A stretch of 64,000 bases of DNA, taken from NCBI GenBank assembly GCA_051362555.1, contig CM120641.1, positions 5,952,001 through 6,016,000 on the forward strand. Direction: 5' to 3'. Below, in pieces: positions 23,001 to 37,051 of the stretch; within the stretch, counting starts at the first letter, position 1; each line of letters opens with the position of its first letter. The stretch comes from Lingula anatina (lineage: Eukaryota > Animalia > Brachiopoda). The position numbers and the translations under genes were made by a program. Below the pieces are notes generated by a model. It did no database searches. It was not told the DNA's origin and was given only the letters and a program-made list of their open reading frames with translations.

Positions 23001-26000
23001 AAAATATAAAAATATCCAAAACAGGCAACTCAAATGTGTTTTTAGTATAGGACAATAACAAAAGACTGTTGCCTACACAGACTACGTACCCCAACCCCCT
23101 ACCCTACCCCAAATATGACCTTACCATGCAGTGGTCATAACTTGGCCATTCTCCATGGCTCCAGTGAGACATGAAATCCAGTATGTCATCATCATCAAAA
23201 TAACCTACTCCTGGGGTGCTGGAAATGAAATGAAACATTCTTCAGTCCTTAATACCATGCTTACTTTATAATGATGGCCTGAAAGAATTCTACATATTTA
23301 TTTTGTACTTCATTTGTCTAATTTAATTCAAAAACAATTCAATAAACTTTTAGCAAAGGATTAAGTCTTAGTAAAAAATCATAACATTCTGAATATAAAA
23401 ATGAAACGATAAGACCTTTCTTATTTGGTATAATCAAACACTAACCTGTAAGATTCATATCCTATAAACTGTTTCTGCCAAATGGTTTCCAAGGTCTCTC
23501 CATTATAAAGTGCCATGGTCCCATCATACCCTGACATCAGGATGTCTTTGACTCCATCATGTGTCACATCAACCAGAGTTGGTGGGACCATCACACCCTT
23601 CAGATCAGATCTTGTTTAAATATAAGAAATTTGTATATTATATTTACCAAATCTTTATTTAGAAATTCATTATAAAAATACTTGATTGTGTTGTTGACTA
23701 AATTCACATCATGATTGCCCACTCTCAATATTTTTGCATGTTGTTGATATTTTTCATTTCCAATAACTTAAGTTTTCAGAGAGATAAAAATTTTAATGAT
23801 AATTTAACATCATGTACATGAATCCAATTGAACAAATGCAATCATCATATATATTAAACTGATTTAAATGTAATGAGACAGTTAATGTTCTGATTCATCC
23901 TGTGGTCTGATAACACATAAGAGCGAAAATAAATCTAATACTGCACTTGAGGTATGGTGCAGCAATGATCAACTTTCCCTGTTGAAGATTGATGGAACCA
24001 ATTGCAACGTTTAATTGTTGCTGATTCACATCTAAAGTTTAGAATTATATTCTCCTCTATTAATTGATTTAAACCTCTTTGATGATATAAAAAATTCAAC
24101 ATTTTACATGATAAAAAGAATGACTGAAAAAAAGTCACTTTTTTCATGCATATCCAATGCCTATCTTAATATATATAAAGTTATAACTGGCAAGCATATT
24201 ATCTACATGTATAACACAACTTACTTATAGATAGTAATTATTCCAGTAACAGGATCCTTCCATTTTCCTGGCCAGGCAGTATTATTCCCAGCAAGACTTG
24301 GAGCTGACATGTGTGGCTCTGTTGACAGAGCATGCTTAAAGAAATCTGCCAAGGATATTGCCAGAAAATTTCCTAAAAAGAAATAAATATGAAAAAAAAT
24401 GGGATAAAGAGAAAGTTCATCTTGGATAACAAACAGTACAGCACCTTTAAAATTTCCAAGTAAATCATCACTCTGCATCCCTAGTCATAGGATCAGCTTG
24501 ATAAAAAAAGACAGTATTTCAACACCCCAAATTCTGTATTATCTCATTAAACAAATAAGAAATGGAACCAACCTGGAACAGTCTCTCCACCATTTCCAAA
24601 TAATATAAACTGTGTCCCGTCTTTTCTGCTGTGTAATGCTAATGAGCTGTAGGTTTCTTTGCTGTCTGGCATCTCTAAATACTGCCCAATCACATGACCT
24701 GTGGCACCAGACAGCATTATCAGCCGGCCAGCAAAACGGACATGTTCCTGATGATAAGAAAAGATGTCTTTCAATTTATACTGTAGTTTATGTAACTAAA
24801 GATTGTTAATTTCTATCAGTTCTCTTACAGAAATATAATAAAAAAATAATTCCATCTTAAAGGTCTTCCACTTTCAAAACTCCACAAAAAAGTGAAAACT
24901 ACACAATGAACTGAATCTATAACGCTGACAGACTGCTGTGATAAAGTTACCCTGTACAGATTTTTCCCAAGTTGTGAGGTGAAATACTCTGTATCTTATC
25001 TTTTCACCTAAATGAACAGATTGTTGCCAACATAGTGTGTTGGTGAATAACTTTGAAGAGATTAGTAAAAAGTCTAGGTGTAGCAAAAAATACCCAGTAG
25101 GGCTTTTTTCTACAATTAAAAATTTGCCTATGTTACTCCTACAAATCAACTTCAACAGATTAAGGACAAATTGCTCATCCTTACTTTTTACCCTTCTTTT
25201 TAGATTAAAAAAATGAAAAAGCTTTACAAAGGAAAAAAGTGCAAAGAGGAAAAATACAGTAAAAGGGACAGTGCTTCTAAAGGACTTATTGAGGGCAGGA
25301 TTTTTAAATTCCAGCACCACTTACTGAGGGCTTGAACTTAGGCTCCCCTCCATGAGGCACGACTATCTCAGGCACAGTGTCTCCATCTACGTCAGGCACT
25401 GTGATCACATTGTAGTTATTCCAGCCATTGTTGAACACCGTGCTGTTCTTTCTCCACAGAGCTTGTCCTGGAAACCATTATGCATAGAAAGGTGTTAAAT
25501 TTTCAATTTTCAAATATCTAATTTTCACTGCAAAATTACTAAACAAGCCTTTTTAATTCTTCGCATTTGCTCAAAACCATTTTAGTTTCATACTCCCTTT
25601 TACTTACATAAAAGTATAATATAATTTCCTTGTGTAATCACTTGATCTTTTTTGCAAACACATTTAATAGTTTTTATAGTACATGCTTTTTTCTTTTTTT
25701 CATTTACACATTAATAACATACCTGTTCTTGGGTCAAAAGCCAACAAAGTCGACAGGCGTCCACTTCCAATACAATCCAGTTTACCATCCTTGTTAACAT
25801 CTAGTTCTTGACAGTTTATTTCAAACACCTCAGCATACGTGTTCAACCTCCACAGCTCCTTGCCATCATATCCACGGAGAGCAATAACAAACCCAGCACA
25901 GGGGGAAGGGGAACCTTCAAGAAATGGTGGGTATATATATATATATAGTTAATGGGCCACAGAACCAATTGTATCAATAAATCATTCTGAATATCACAGA

Positions 26001-27583
26001 ATATGTTTGTTTTTGCTTTTTTAATTCTGATAGTGTTTAACTGACTAAGCAACAAAATGAACGTATAAGTGTATAATAAAAATATACCATGAAACTTAAC
26101 ACCTGTATAAACTTGCTGTGAAACTCATTACATCAAGGTCCTAAAGAAAATAGTAGATTTTGCCATAAAAACTGTTTGATGCTTCACGTGGAAATCTCAA
26201 ATCATGTTAGTAGTGGTCACTATATCTATTGCTGATAATATGAAATACATACCTAGAGATTTGCAAAATTTGTCCATCTTTTCCTTATCTTCAAGTGTAT
26301 GAACATCTTTGCCTATTCCAATGCCTAAAAGAATGTCTAACCTTCCATCTTCATCTACATCCACCAGTCTTATACATGATTCTGAACCTGAAATGGAGCA
26401 AATTGAGAATTATTAACCCTAACAAATATGGACATTTTGCCATTTAATTTATTACTTAAACTTAATGAAGAGTGAAAAAAGAGCAGCTGGTGTATATATT
26501 TAGCAAGCTATTAAATAAAAAAGTGAATACAGGCATCCTACCTATATCTGCCATATCAATCTTCCAATTCTTTGTTCCATGGAATGTCCCTGAAGAAACT
26601 GATCCAGATTTTCCCAACAAACCACACAAGTCACTAACGCTGCATGGCAAAAGAAAAGCTACAGTCACAACCAATCCTATACATATACATATTGCCACTA
26701 TAAAACAGCACCTGGGCACTTTTGATATCATACGTCCTTTGCGAACTGCCACATCTGGATCAGACCGCGAGACTCGTGCTTTTGGTAACGTGAAGTTTTC
26801 CATTTCAATAACTTCTTCTTGGGCATCTGTGTGACCTCGATGAACTCCATTTTTATGGGGTTTGTGCTTTCTTACAACAGAATCATCATCTTCTTCTTCA
26901 TTATCACTGAGGTCTTGTGGCAGTGCTGAATACTGTACAGCCGTGGAGACATCTGATGAATAGAATTTTTCAAAAGAATGTACATATCATTTTAAAATTT
27001 CTTACAAAGGAAGCGAGATGTTCAACACAGATTGTAATGACCAGGTGTCTAACCATTTGTTATATACTAAGATTTTGTTAAGAAATACAAACATCTAATT
27101 AAGCATCAGCCTTGTTAATTAGACTAGTGGGCCACTACTAGTAGTGCCAGATCAGATGATAAAACATGCAAAATCTGAAAACAATTTTTAAATATAGAAC
27201 TAATTAAGAACATAGCCAGGAAGTGCAGGTGCAAAATTTGTCTCAGCAGGAGGCCTTAATATGCTCCATACCTGCAGTAAGTAAGGCATCACACTGCAGC
27301 CGGTCCCTGCATTAAATAAACTAAAAGCATTGTACCAATTGCCTAGCTTCCCATATACAGTGTATAATATACTAGTATTGGTGCAGGTACCGGTAGGCTT
27401 TGGTAGCAAACAGACTGCTCTTGCGTACTTAATGCACGCCACGACAACGAGAAGCAATTGTAACTCCCCAAGTGCATTGAACATAAACCTAACGAATGAT
27501 GGCACAAAAATGTCAATTAAGTGCTTAATAAAAAGAAACATGGTAAAACATACTGTACCTTTCTTGAGAAGCCTGCCTGCCAT
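20050..27583 (-). CDS. FAM234: FAM234 (ITFG3/KIAA1467)-family type II membrane protein with FG-GAP-like DxD/NxDG repeats, 14 coding exons, 905 aa
   Basis: Hand-spliced exons, all GT-AG and phase-consistent: 27583-27559, 26952-26542, 26387-26253, 25914-25723, 25467-25325, 24747-24573, 24372-24225, 23610-23446, 23218-23125, 22705-22511, 22275-21780, 21115-20996, 20776-20666, 20357-20050 (2718 nt, no internal stop). The protein starts MAGRLLKKDVSTAVQYSALPQDLSDNEEEDDD, has one TM segment ending VTVAFLLPC (like FAM234B CAFLIPC), and repeats DVDEDGRLD, DVNKDGKLD, DVDGDTVPE, DVTHDGVKD, FDDDDILD and DVDGDGKYD. The family call is from recalled similarity; the A/B paralog is not assignable. Confidence 0.9.
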
Positions 27584-29350
27584 CCTTGTCTGTTTACATC
27601 CGGTTTCTCTACACATTGCGCTCACATCTAGCAAAATTGTCACACCAAACGCACTCATAAACACCACTTCTAAAGGGACGAGAAAGTATATTTTCAGGGG
27701 ATTTTTCAGCGTAAGTGATATCGAGGAAAACAGCAATAATATTTCCGATAGAGCTTAATGTCAACGAATAAAGATAATTTGTATTTGCTATATTTGGAAT
27801 AAAAGATAAAGACAAAGGGGATAGTTGTTTTGTATTAAAATAAAAGATTTTGTCATAATCTTTGTATTACTTATCTAAACCATATAGGCCTATCTTAGTC
27901 TCAAATGCTGTAAAAATGAAAAAGAAAAATAGGATTTGCAAACAAAGTCTTTTAATAGTGAGAATCGAATTGATTAAGCGTAAGAAACAAGAATTCAAAA
28001 AAATAATCTGAAAAACGTATTTGAATAGGGCCTACATAATTTGAATGAAAAAGTGCGAGAATTTTGACATAGTGCAATATGGGAAAAGGGTATTGAAAAA
28101 ACTATCAAAATCGTTTCATGGAGTCCCTGGTACTTTACCTGAAAGTTTGGGCTATACCTTTCAGAAAATCCTCTTATTAACCAGTCAGTTCTTTTTATCT
28201 ATCAACACGTTATGATAGATTGCTTATGACTTGTTAACGTAAGCAAAATGTTTAACATTCCTTTACGAACATTTACGCAAACCGATAACTTGCACAAAAT
28301 GATATGGAAAGTGAATATGACAGAAAGTTAAGCGTACACTTTTAGCAACCAGACAAAGGAAAGCCATACATGTAGCATGCAATACTAAGACACTACCACG
28401 TCAAACACCCAAGTTTCATAAAACATTGGAAACCCACCTCTCTGAGGCATTCAGACAACACAGAGGTGATTTAACTCAGAAACCCATAGTGCCATCAGAC
28501 GACTTTCTTCCAAATTTATCGTTTGTTTTTCTCGCGCCGTGTTTTCATGACCTCCAACTATCTTCTTTAATATTTTCCCATTTCCGCAAAACAGACGTCA
28601 CTTTTCTCTCACATATGAAATTATATCATAAAGCATATTTACTAAGTTGTCGAAAATATGTTTGAGATATTTGATTAGAAAAGCTTTTTTGATAAGGTGA
28701 TTCAGAAAAAGGCCCGTCGATGTATGGAGTGGAGTGAGAATTATGAGACCTATATAATCTAATTCAAACTGTTATGTTTGATATTATTGCCAACAACCCG
28801 GGGCAAAAATGCATCAAATCGTAACCGTCGTGTCAGAAGCCCAGTTTTTGGAATAATAATCAACAAATATTCCTGTTACAGAAAAGCGTTCTTGATATAT
28901 GAACCATGTCAGGTCCACACAATCCTAATAAATAAAATACAGATATACTCTTAAGCACTGAAAGAAAAATTCCGGAGAACTTTCTTCCCAAATGAGTTTA
29001 CGATCATTAGAACTGCCAAAAAAGTTCTTTGAAACAATTACATCAAGAACAGAGTGAGGAAATTCTTCATCTGAGTCCATCACATATATAGTCTCTAATG
29101 GTTAATCGATATGGGATTAGAAGAAAGGGCCCTTCTATTAGATTTAAAACAGAAACATGGACAAGTGAACTGACCATGCTGACTGGGAAGTGTTCACATA
29201 TCCTCTTCTTAGCATTTCAGTCTTTCGTTACAAAAAATGACGGGAGTATATAAGGCGCTTAACCACATAATTATGAAATGAAGTAAGAGAAGAATAATGT
29301 GACTGTAATTTTGTATCAAGGCCCCCAACATTTTAATGACAGTGAAATGA

Positions 29351-29352
29351 TT

Positions 29353-29395
<43 letters not shown>

Positions 29396-29397
29396 TT
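29351..29397. repeat. (ATTT)n microsatellite
   Basis: About 11 tandem TTTA/ATTT units. Confidence 0.95.
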
Positions 29398-31498
29398 GAG
29401 AGGGAAAAGTGATTGACCGTAAAACCTTCAAATCCATTCATTCCCTGCGATTTTCATATATGAGTGACTGAATCAGTAGGACATACAAGGGAACATGGAT
29501 CCAACACAGTCCAAGATTGGTCTGCTTGCAGTCGCAGTGCGCCTTCACTGGGCAACTCACTCTCTCTCTACGCAATAACAGTCGGTGTCGTCAGACTTTG
29601 CATAATCGAAACATAAGATGGGCGTCTTAAATGTACACGTACATCACTGAAAATAATTTAGAAGACGCAGCACAAAACCACACCAAGATAAAAATAGTGT
29701 ATCCTCCAAACAATGACTGAGTAATTTATTTGATAGCTGGTCGTGCCGAAAAACTATCTACTGCGAATTGCGCATTATTCTTATAAAATTTGATATATTG
29801 AGTGTGCCTTGGGTGGGAACGCTACTGGAGCTAGGCGCAGGTTAGAGACTGCAAGCTCCGTTTAGCTACGATGGGTCCTCGGGCTACCTTTTATGGAGTG
29901 CTTCATCAGGGGTCGCGATTTTATCTGCGCGTTAGAAAAACATTATTTTACCTGATAAGAATAATTCCCTGTAAAGCAGCAACCACGTTTAACATCGTCA
30001 GTGTAGTTCAACTGAAAAGCGCCTCAAACGTACGTGGTCAAAAATAAATGCATGTACTATCTGAACTATCGGATGAAGTGCAGGACATTTAAGTTATTTC
30101 AGTAGGAGAGAGAGAGAGCGGAAGGGGGGGTCAAAAGCTGAATTAATCCATCCCAGCCATCCGTTGCTCAAACCCGCTGAAATTCTTGTTTACGTAACGA
30201 GAAAGAGATAGCGACCAGCGTTCCCTCTTTCATTATTTCTCAACATCATTTAACAAATCGTGCTCCGTCCACCTTATCAAACATATCCTAGGATTTTAAC
30301 GAGAAAAGTTCATATCTAAATAATATCAATTACCGCCATGTCTGGCACCGTGTCCGATGTCACCCAAAGCACAAACGACGCATGCTGTTTTGCAGTTTTC
30401 ACGGTTTCATTTTATTTGTCTAGTTTTGAATTTCTTCAGAATTTGATCCCCTTTCTTTTCTGATAGTAAGCCACACCAGGCATTTGATTTTGACTGCAAA
30501 TTAAGGGCATCAAGAGACCGAAAATGATTGGAATTTCACGGTTATGCACGGCGAAAGGTTAGAGCCATAGTGGCACCCTTCTATGCAAGTGTTACTTTAC
30601 TTGTTTTTGGTCAATGGTCAATGATCACAGGCCAGGGACTAGTATTAGAGTATATACCCATCAGACCTTTTCAAAGCGCAAAATGGCTCTCGTTGTGTTA
30701 TATCAGGTGAAGTAGCACAATAAGTGAATGCACATAACAAAACCATCAAAGATACGAGGAAATGAATATCGTAATAAAGTATCGAGTCTGAATTGTTAAA
30801 TTTCAAAGGTTAGCATGTAAGGAATATCGCCCTCACTTATATAATGGTAGGTCTATTTTTCGTGCTTGGATTCCCTATATGTATGCTCATTGGGTAATGC
30901 ACGTACATGAATTGGTACTTAAGTTGGTGTCATAGAGGGCAACTAAAATGTGACCTAATGGGTTATACCTACCCGAGCTGGCAAGATAAAGCGAAATGCT
31001 TTAAGTGGACCACCTCCACGTTGCGTACCATTTAAAAATCTGATACGTTTTAATCTTGCTGTTAGTATGTTGTTCCCAGCCGTTTGAATTTGCATGGACT
31101 TGAAATGCCTGGCAAGATTTATTTTCTCATAAAAAAAGAGAACTTTCTAGCCGAGTGCTTTATTTCTTGGTAACTTTATTGGCAGTTTGGCAGCACTCTG
31201 ATGTGTGATACACAGTCAGCCACTTATCATGGACAAGGAAGAGAAATGTAGTATGTGTCAAATTTCCCAGCAGCAAGAAAAAAACAATAATAAGACAGTG
31301 TGTAAAAGATCAATACTCGGGTCCGCTGGCATTAGAAGCTGAAAGCCGGTTCCTGTAGAACATGCGTCATATCGAGCGAAAAAAAATGTATATAGACCAC
31401 ATATTTGGTAAACCAACCACTGTTGCAAAGATACGTTTTGTCAAGAAATGAGCTATGCACAATATTTCGGACCACAAACATCAATATTCATTCATCAG

Positions 31499-31566
31499 CA
31501 CGTGGACCCCCACTAGCTTGTTTATCCTATCAACCAATCCCATCCGAGCTGCCAAAGCCACGTGAC
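31499..31566 (+). promoter_or_regulatory. Candidate HS3ST proximal promoter: two CACGTG E-boxes flanking a CCAAT box
   Basis: CACGTG at 31499-31504 and 31559-31564, and CCAAT at 31534-31538, 100-160 bp upstream of the first in-frame ATG in a CpG-retaining region. The TSS is not known. Confidence 0.35.
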
Positions 31567-31582
31567 GGCATGTGTAAAATAA

Positions 31583-32266
<684 letters not shown>

Positions 32267-35200
32267 TAAGCAAACACCACTGGCATGTTTACTACAGCTC
32301 TCCCCTGACAGCTGTACTTTTTCTAGCACAATGGTAGATCATGTATACCGTTAAGTCAACCAAAGGATATAATCCCATTAATGGCCCCTCATTAACTCCA
32401 CCCTGACTGCTCCGTTATTCTCTGGCAAGCTCTTATACCGCCGTTACGTAAAACATGCCAAAATTACAAGGTAGGGGTTCCCTCGGTACCGTTAGTGGGC
32501 GGGGACAGAGTCTCCCAAACAGGGCCCACCAGGGCGATCTCAATCTCACCTAGCATTGATCTTCTTCTAATTTAAGGAATGCATGCTATGATAGTGAAGA
32601 TAGTATGGCCTAGTTATATTTGAAACACAGCTCCCACCGCGCCCTGCTTTAACACCAGAACAGAAACCAGAAAAACATCCCAGTTCGCCAGGGTTAATTT
32701 AATTGGATTTTCAACTGTTAAAACTAAAATTAAAACTGGAAACACGTGTCAGCTGCTAGCACCTTGATATACCAACGCAAAGCCTCTACAAACACGCCTA
32801 AAATTGCGTTTCATTGATCCCTACTGTTTTTTCCCTAGCACACTGGTTAGTTGTTTCAAATATATTAACTAGCATATATCAAACACGGAATGCTATTAAA
32901 ACCCCGCACAGCATGTTGTTCAATCCTACTGTGCAATTGGCTTTTCCATAAATACGCTTAAAGCTAAATGTTATCGGCATAAAACTGACGAAATTGTACA
33001 AATGAATTTACTAAATCATATGAGATTACCATCAACGTCTTTACTAGTTTGGTTGACTTAGGTTCAATATCATGCGTTTAGACAGGGTTTTCAAATTAGA
33101 AAATGAGGCTTCTTTCCGTCACCTAACACACGAACCGTATCTTTGAGAGATTTGTTCAAAGGATTATCTGTACAATATGGCATTACGAAAATAAACTCAG
33201 TTTGAAAGAACTCTAAAGTGACTCCAACAATTAAGGCAATTATCTCGCGTGTGAGTTCGCTGGAGCTCCTGACCCATATCTCGACAGCAAAAGCAAGACA
33301 TATTAGGAAGAAGACTTGACTCGCTTTGTCAGCCAGGAACAAATATTAGTTGTCAGGGGGAAAACAGCCAAGGCCGAACGATGAGGTACTGTTTGCTTGC
33401 CATGCGACAATGTCACAGGTGAAGGGTTAATGGCGCCCTATGCCTCGCGGGAATCTCTGTGTATGTGTATGTATGCCAGTGCCACAACGTCAACAATGCA
33501 CAGTCGTTAATACACGCCAACTGCTTCTGGCCAAAAGGTGCATCAAAGCAATGTCGAACTCTGCATCGATTACTTTGGTGGACAAACTCGAGTCAAAGAG
33601 TACATGGGTCATCCACTTTCAGAATTTCCTTTCCTCGTAATTTTGCGTGTTTTATCAACCAAATACAGAGGTCTGCTTATCGTAGCATTCATTAAAGGCT
33701 GGACATCTTGTAGAAAAATGTGTAAAAATGTTTGCACTGGTGAGGGATATACGAGGCGAGACATGGCTAGAAAAACACCTGCGCATTCTTCGTTGAACTG
33801 ATTTAAATTAACGGCAGAGGGGTTCGAAAAGCGGGCTCAAGCTGTCAGGAAACGTGCCTCGAATGAGATCAAGAGTTCACGTGAAAAGTGAGCTTGGCGC
33901 TGGCAGTAGGTCAGCATAATTTCCTTTGAGAATATAAAGCAGTTGCATCAAACCTGTGACCAACAACATACATAGAGGTAGAATACAATCGAAATAAAGG
34001 ACCAAATGAGGCGCAATGCTATTGTACGACCAACCCATTAAGAAGGGCTGAATACATGGCCCTGCGTGCATTAAACCAAAATGGGCCCAGGATCAAACGC
34101 CATAGGGTTATTTACCGATTGTTTCCTTGGACACTGATCAAAGAAGCAATGGTCACTGGGTGTTTGTCCCCCTCGATGTGTTCCATGTTGGGGGAGACAT
34201 AAACTCCCACAACAATGAACTTTAAGGGGAGCCTCTGTCTCTGCCTCAGTGCTCTTTTACCGCGCATCTTTCACTCCAATACGGGTCCGCTCGGTCAGAA
34301 AATAGCGTTCGTGGGGTTCTTGGACATTTGATCTTTTAACTGTCGTATCCTTCATCAACCTTAGGAATTAATGCTGACATAAAGACTAAGCCGATAAGTA
34401 AAGCACTCCGCGTTTTATTTTTGTAGGATGGCCCCATTTACTTTTAGCCCCATTACACAGTATGCTTGTATTGAGTTCTCGTTTTTCCGTTACTCAAAGG
34501 AATATGAAAGATGTCTGGAAGATTCATGATGCATGATAATTAATCATTCCATGCTCCACTGATTGACCGGGGTTTTGTTTTATTTCTTTGCTATTTTGCA
34601 CTTGATGGTTAAATGCTGACCAAACACGCAAGCGGTCAAAAGCTTAACGGTATAAATTCATTACATAAACACTTCCACACTCTTACAACGGTATCGTAAA
34701 AACAACAGAACTATTTGAGTTGGGCACGTACACAAACCTCCACAAAATTGATTTGTCAATTCATCAAAGTATTTAGGTTGTCGAAATTGAACAAACGCAT
34801 TGTCTTGAACAAGCGAAAGCAGTTCTGCAAAATCCTTTTATTCATCTGACGGCTATCGACTATTGGTCTCCAGTTGTTTTATCAATTAACACAACCTACA
34901 TGCAACTGATAGGGAGGACGTGTGCATTAACGAAAAATCAAAGTATAATGTCCAAATTGATATCTGATATGAAATGTTATTAAAACAGAGTTATCCATAA
35001 ACACCGGACAATCACGGTCTCGTTAAATCCCTTGGGGAAGCTTCCTATTTACAGAGGAGTGATTTTACACCTGACGCTATTCTCAGTCCTTTCTTCATCG
35101 AATTCCAATCCTAAATATCATTTCCCCATTTAATATGCAATGTCATAAATTCAGATTGACTGCGCTTATTGTCCGTGGATGCAGTCTTGGGTTTATGACA

Positions 35201-35417
35201 AGTCTATTTGGATTCCTATCAGTCACAGCTAAATAAATCACTGTGCAAGAAGCACATGCTTTTCAATGGGCTCATAAAGCTCAACTGCAATTTTATTGCG
35301 CTCCTATTGTTAAAGAAATATATTATCTGGTGCCTCTGTCACACACTGACCAATGTATTTCGACAGTTGCCAGGCAACCATTTCCTTTTAAATGAGTGTA
35401 CAGTTATTTTACAGTTA

Positions 35418-36174
35418 GACCAATTATCTAAGAGTAAAAGACCACCGTTTTCTTTTACCAATAAAGATCTATTTGCCATAATTAAATCAGCAGAGCAGTA
35501 ATTTAAACTTGGCACAGAAGTAATTATTTTGGATAGGAAGAGAATATTTGCTAGGATGTCTCTGAATTGCCCTGTCTTTGTTTACACTCCTCTAAATGTT
35601 GTTTATTTATTAAGTGGAAACCAGTTTGTCCATTCCAAGGTCAGGAAAAGATGTGCAGATCTAACATCTGCCATAAAGTAGTTAGTGGAAAACCATTCCT
35701 CTAATTCAATTCTTGCTGTGGAGAAAATTTAATTGTTGCATGACTAGTGAGAGTTATATCTTTGCTGAATATTTTTTTGATACCGAAAAGCTGACCAATT
35801 ATCTAAGAGATACCACCATTTTCTTTTACCAAGAAAGATCTATTTGCCATGATGATCACTAACTTTAACCTTTACAAGTAATTATCTTGGATAGGAATAG
35901 AACTTTTGCTGGGATGTCTTTTAATTGCCTTGGCATTGTTTACACTGCTCCATACGTTGATTATTTATCAAGGCTCCCCTTTATAAGAGGAAACCAACTT
36001 GTCCACTCAAACGTCAGTAAAAGATTTTCATTATTTATCAAACATCTGCCTTAAAAGTGGGAACTTGTTTCTCTACTTTGGTTCTTGCTGTGAAGAAAAT
36101 TTATTTTGGCTGTTCCTTTGCATGACTAGTGATAGTTAATCTTTGCTTAACATTTTTTTAATACTGAAAACTGA
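35418..36174. repeat. Diverged tandem duplication of about 375 bp in the HS3ST intron
   Basis: Copies start gaccaattatctaagag at 35418 and 35793 and share colinear blocks (ttttcttttaccaa.aaagatctatttgccat; ttggataggaa; ttgtttacact; aacatctgcc; ttcttgctgtg; gcatgactagtga). Confidence 0.88.
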
Positions 36175-37020
36175 GAGCGAAGTGCGTGCTGGTTTTTTAC
36201 TGCTGGTTCTACGCATGGCTATCTGCATGGTCACACAAGCACCTGCATCCAATAAAAACCATATGATGACTACGTGAATATCCTTATATGATACTCTTAG
36301 TTATTCAAAAAGAAAGTGAAACAGGTTGTCATGTAGTAATTATAATTTTGTTTTATTTGAACTCACCAATGTGATAAGTTTTCATCTATTGGACTATTTT
36401 CATATAAAAAACAGTGATTAATATTAATCATTTCAATAATAAATTGCAAGTACCTGTTACTTTTCTCTAATAACAGAACAACAAATACATTTACTGGGCT
36501 GTCTGCAGTAAGGTTTATTTTTTCTATAACAGGGTCAGTTTCCTAATCATCTCTAGGTTTAACCAGAGACTACCATCCTAGTATGCCCCACCAAGCCTAG
36601 ACTATTTATTTCCTGCCATGCTGTTTGCAAACCTTGATGTATATAACACTTCGCATTGGCAGATAGAGCAATGGGGCGAAATTCTAATACCAAGCCACAT
36701 ATATCACACTGGATATGTCATACTTTGAGTGCGTAACCTATATTTCATACCTGAGCACTGTGGGCTTTTAAAGTACTCATCCTTAGTCGTAGATATTTTT
36801 AGAGCCATTTTACAAAGATATGTTGTTGAGAAAAAGACTTGAATTGACCCTTATAACCCTGGAAATCCAATATGCAGTTTTCATTCATATAAAATCCAAG
36901 AAAAATTAATAAAAAATAAAAGAATAAAACTAAATAAAGAGAATGTGGATATAAACCTTAAAGTTGATTTTCAAAAAAAAAAAAAAAGGTTTTAGAAAAC
37001 ATATATGGTATTTAGAGACA

Positions 37021-37051
<31 letters not shown>

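Noticed and set aside
24874-25320. 148-aa minus-strand ORF
   Set aside because: It lies wholly within FAM234 intron 5, and its F/L/K-biased composition reflects AT-rich DNA.
27200-27758. Overlapping 178-aa and 142-aa ORFs
   Set aside because: Only MAGRLLKK (FAM234 exon 1) is supported by splicing. The rest is leader or intron with no recognisable domain.
29827-29859. GC-rich hairpin GGAGCT...GCAG...CTGC...AGCTCC as a tRNA or ncRNA
   Set aside because: No cloverleaf, A/B boxes or other recognisable RNA-family motif; a single short stem could be chance.
31534-31562. ER stress element (CCAAT-N9-CCACG)
   Set aside because: The spacing between CCAAT and CCACG is 19 bp, not 9.
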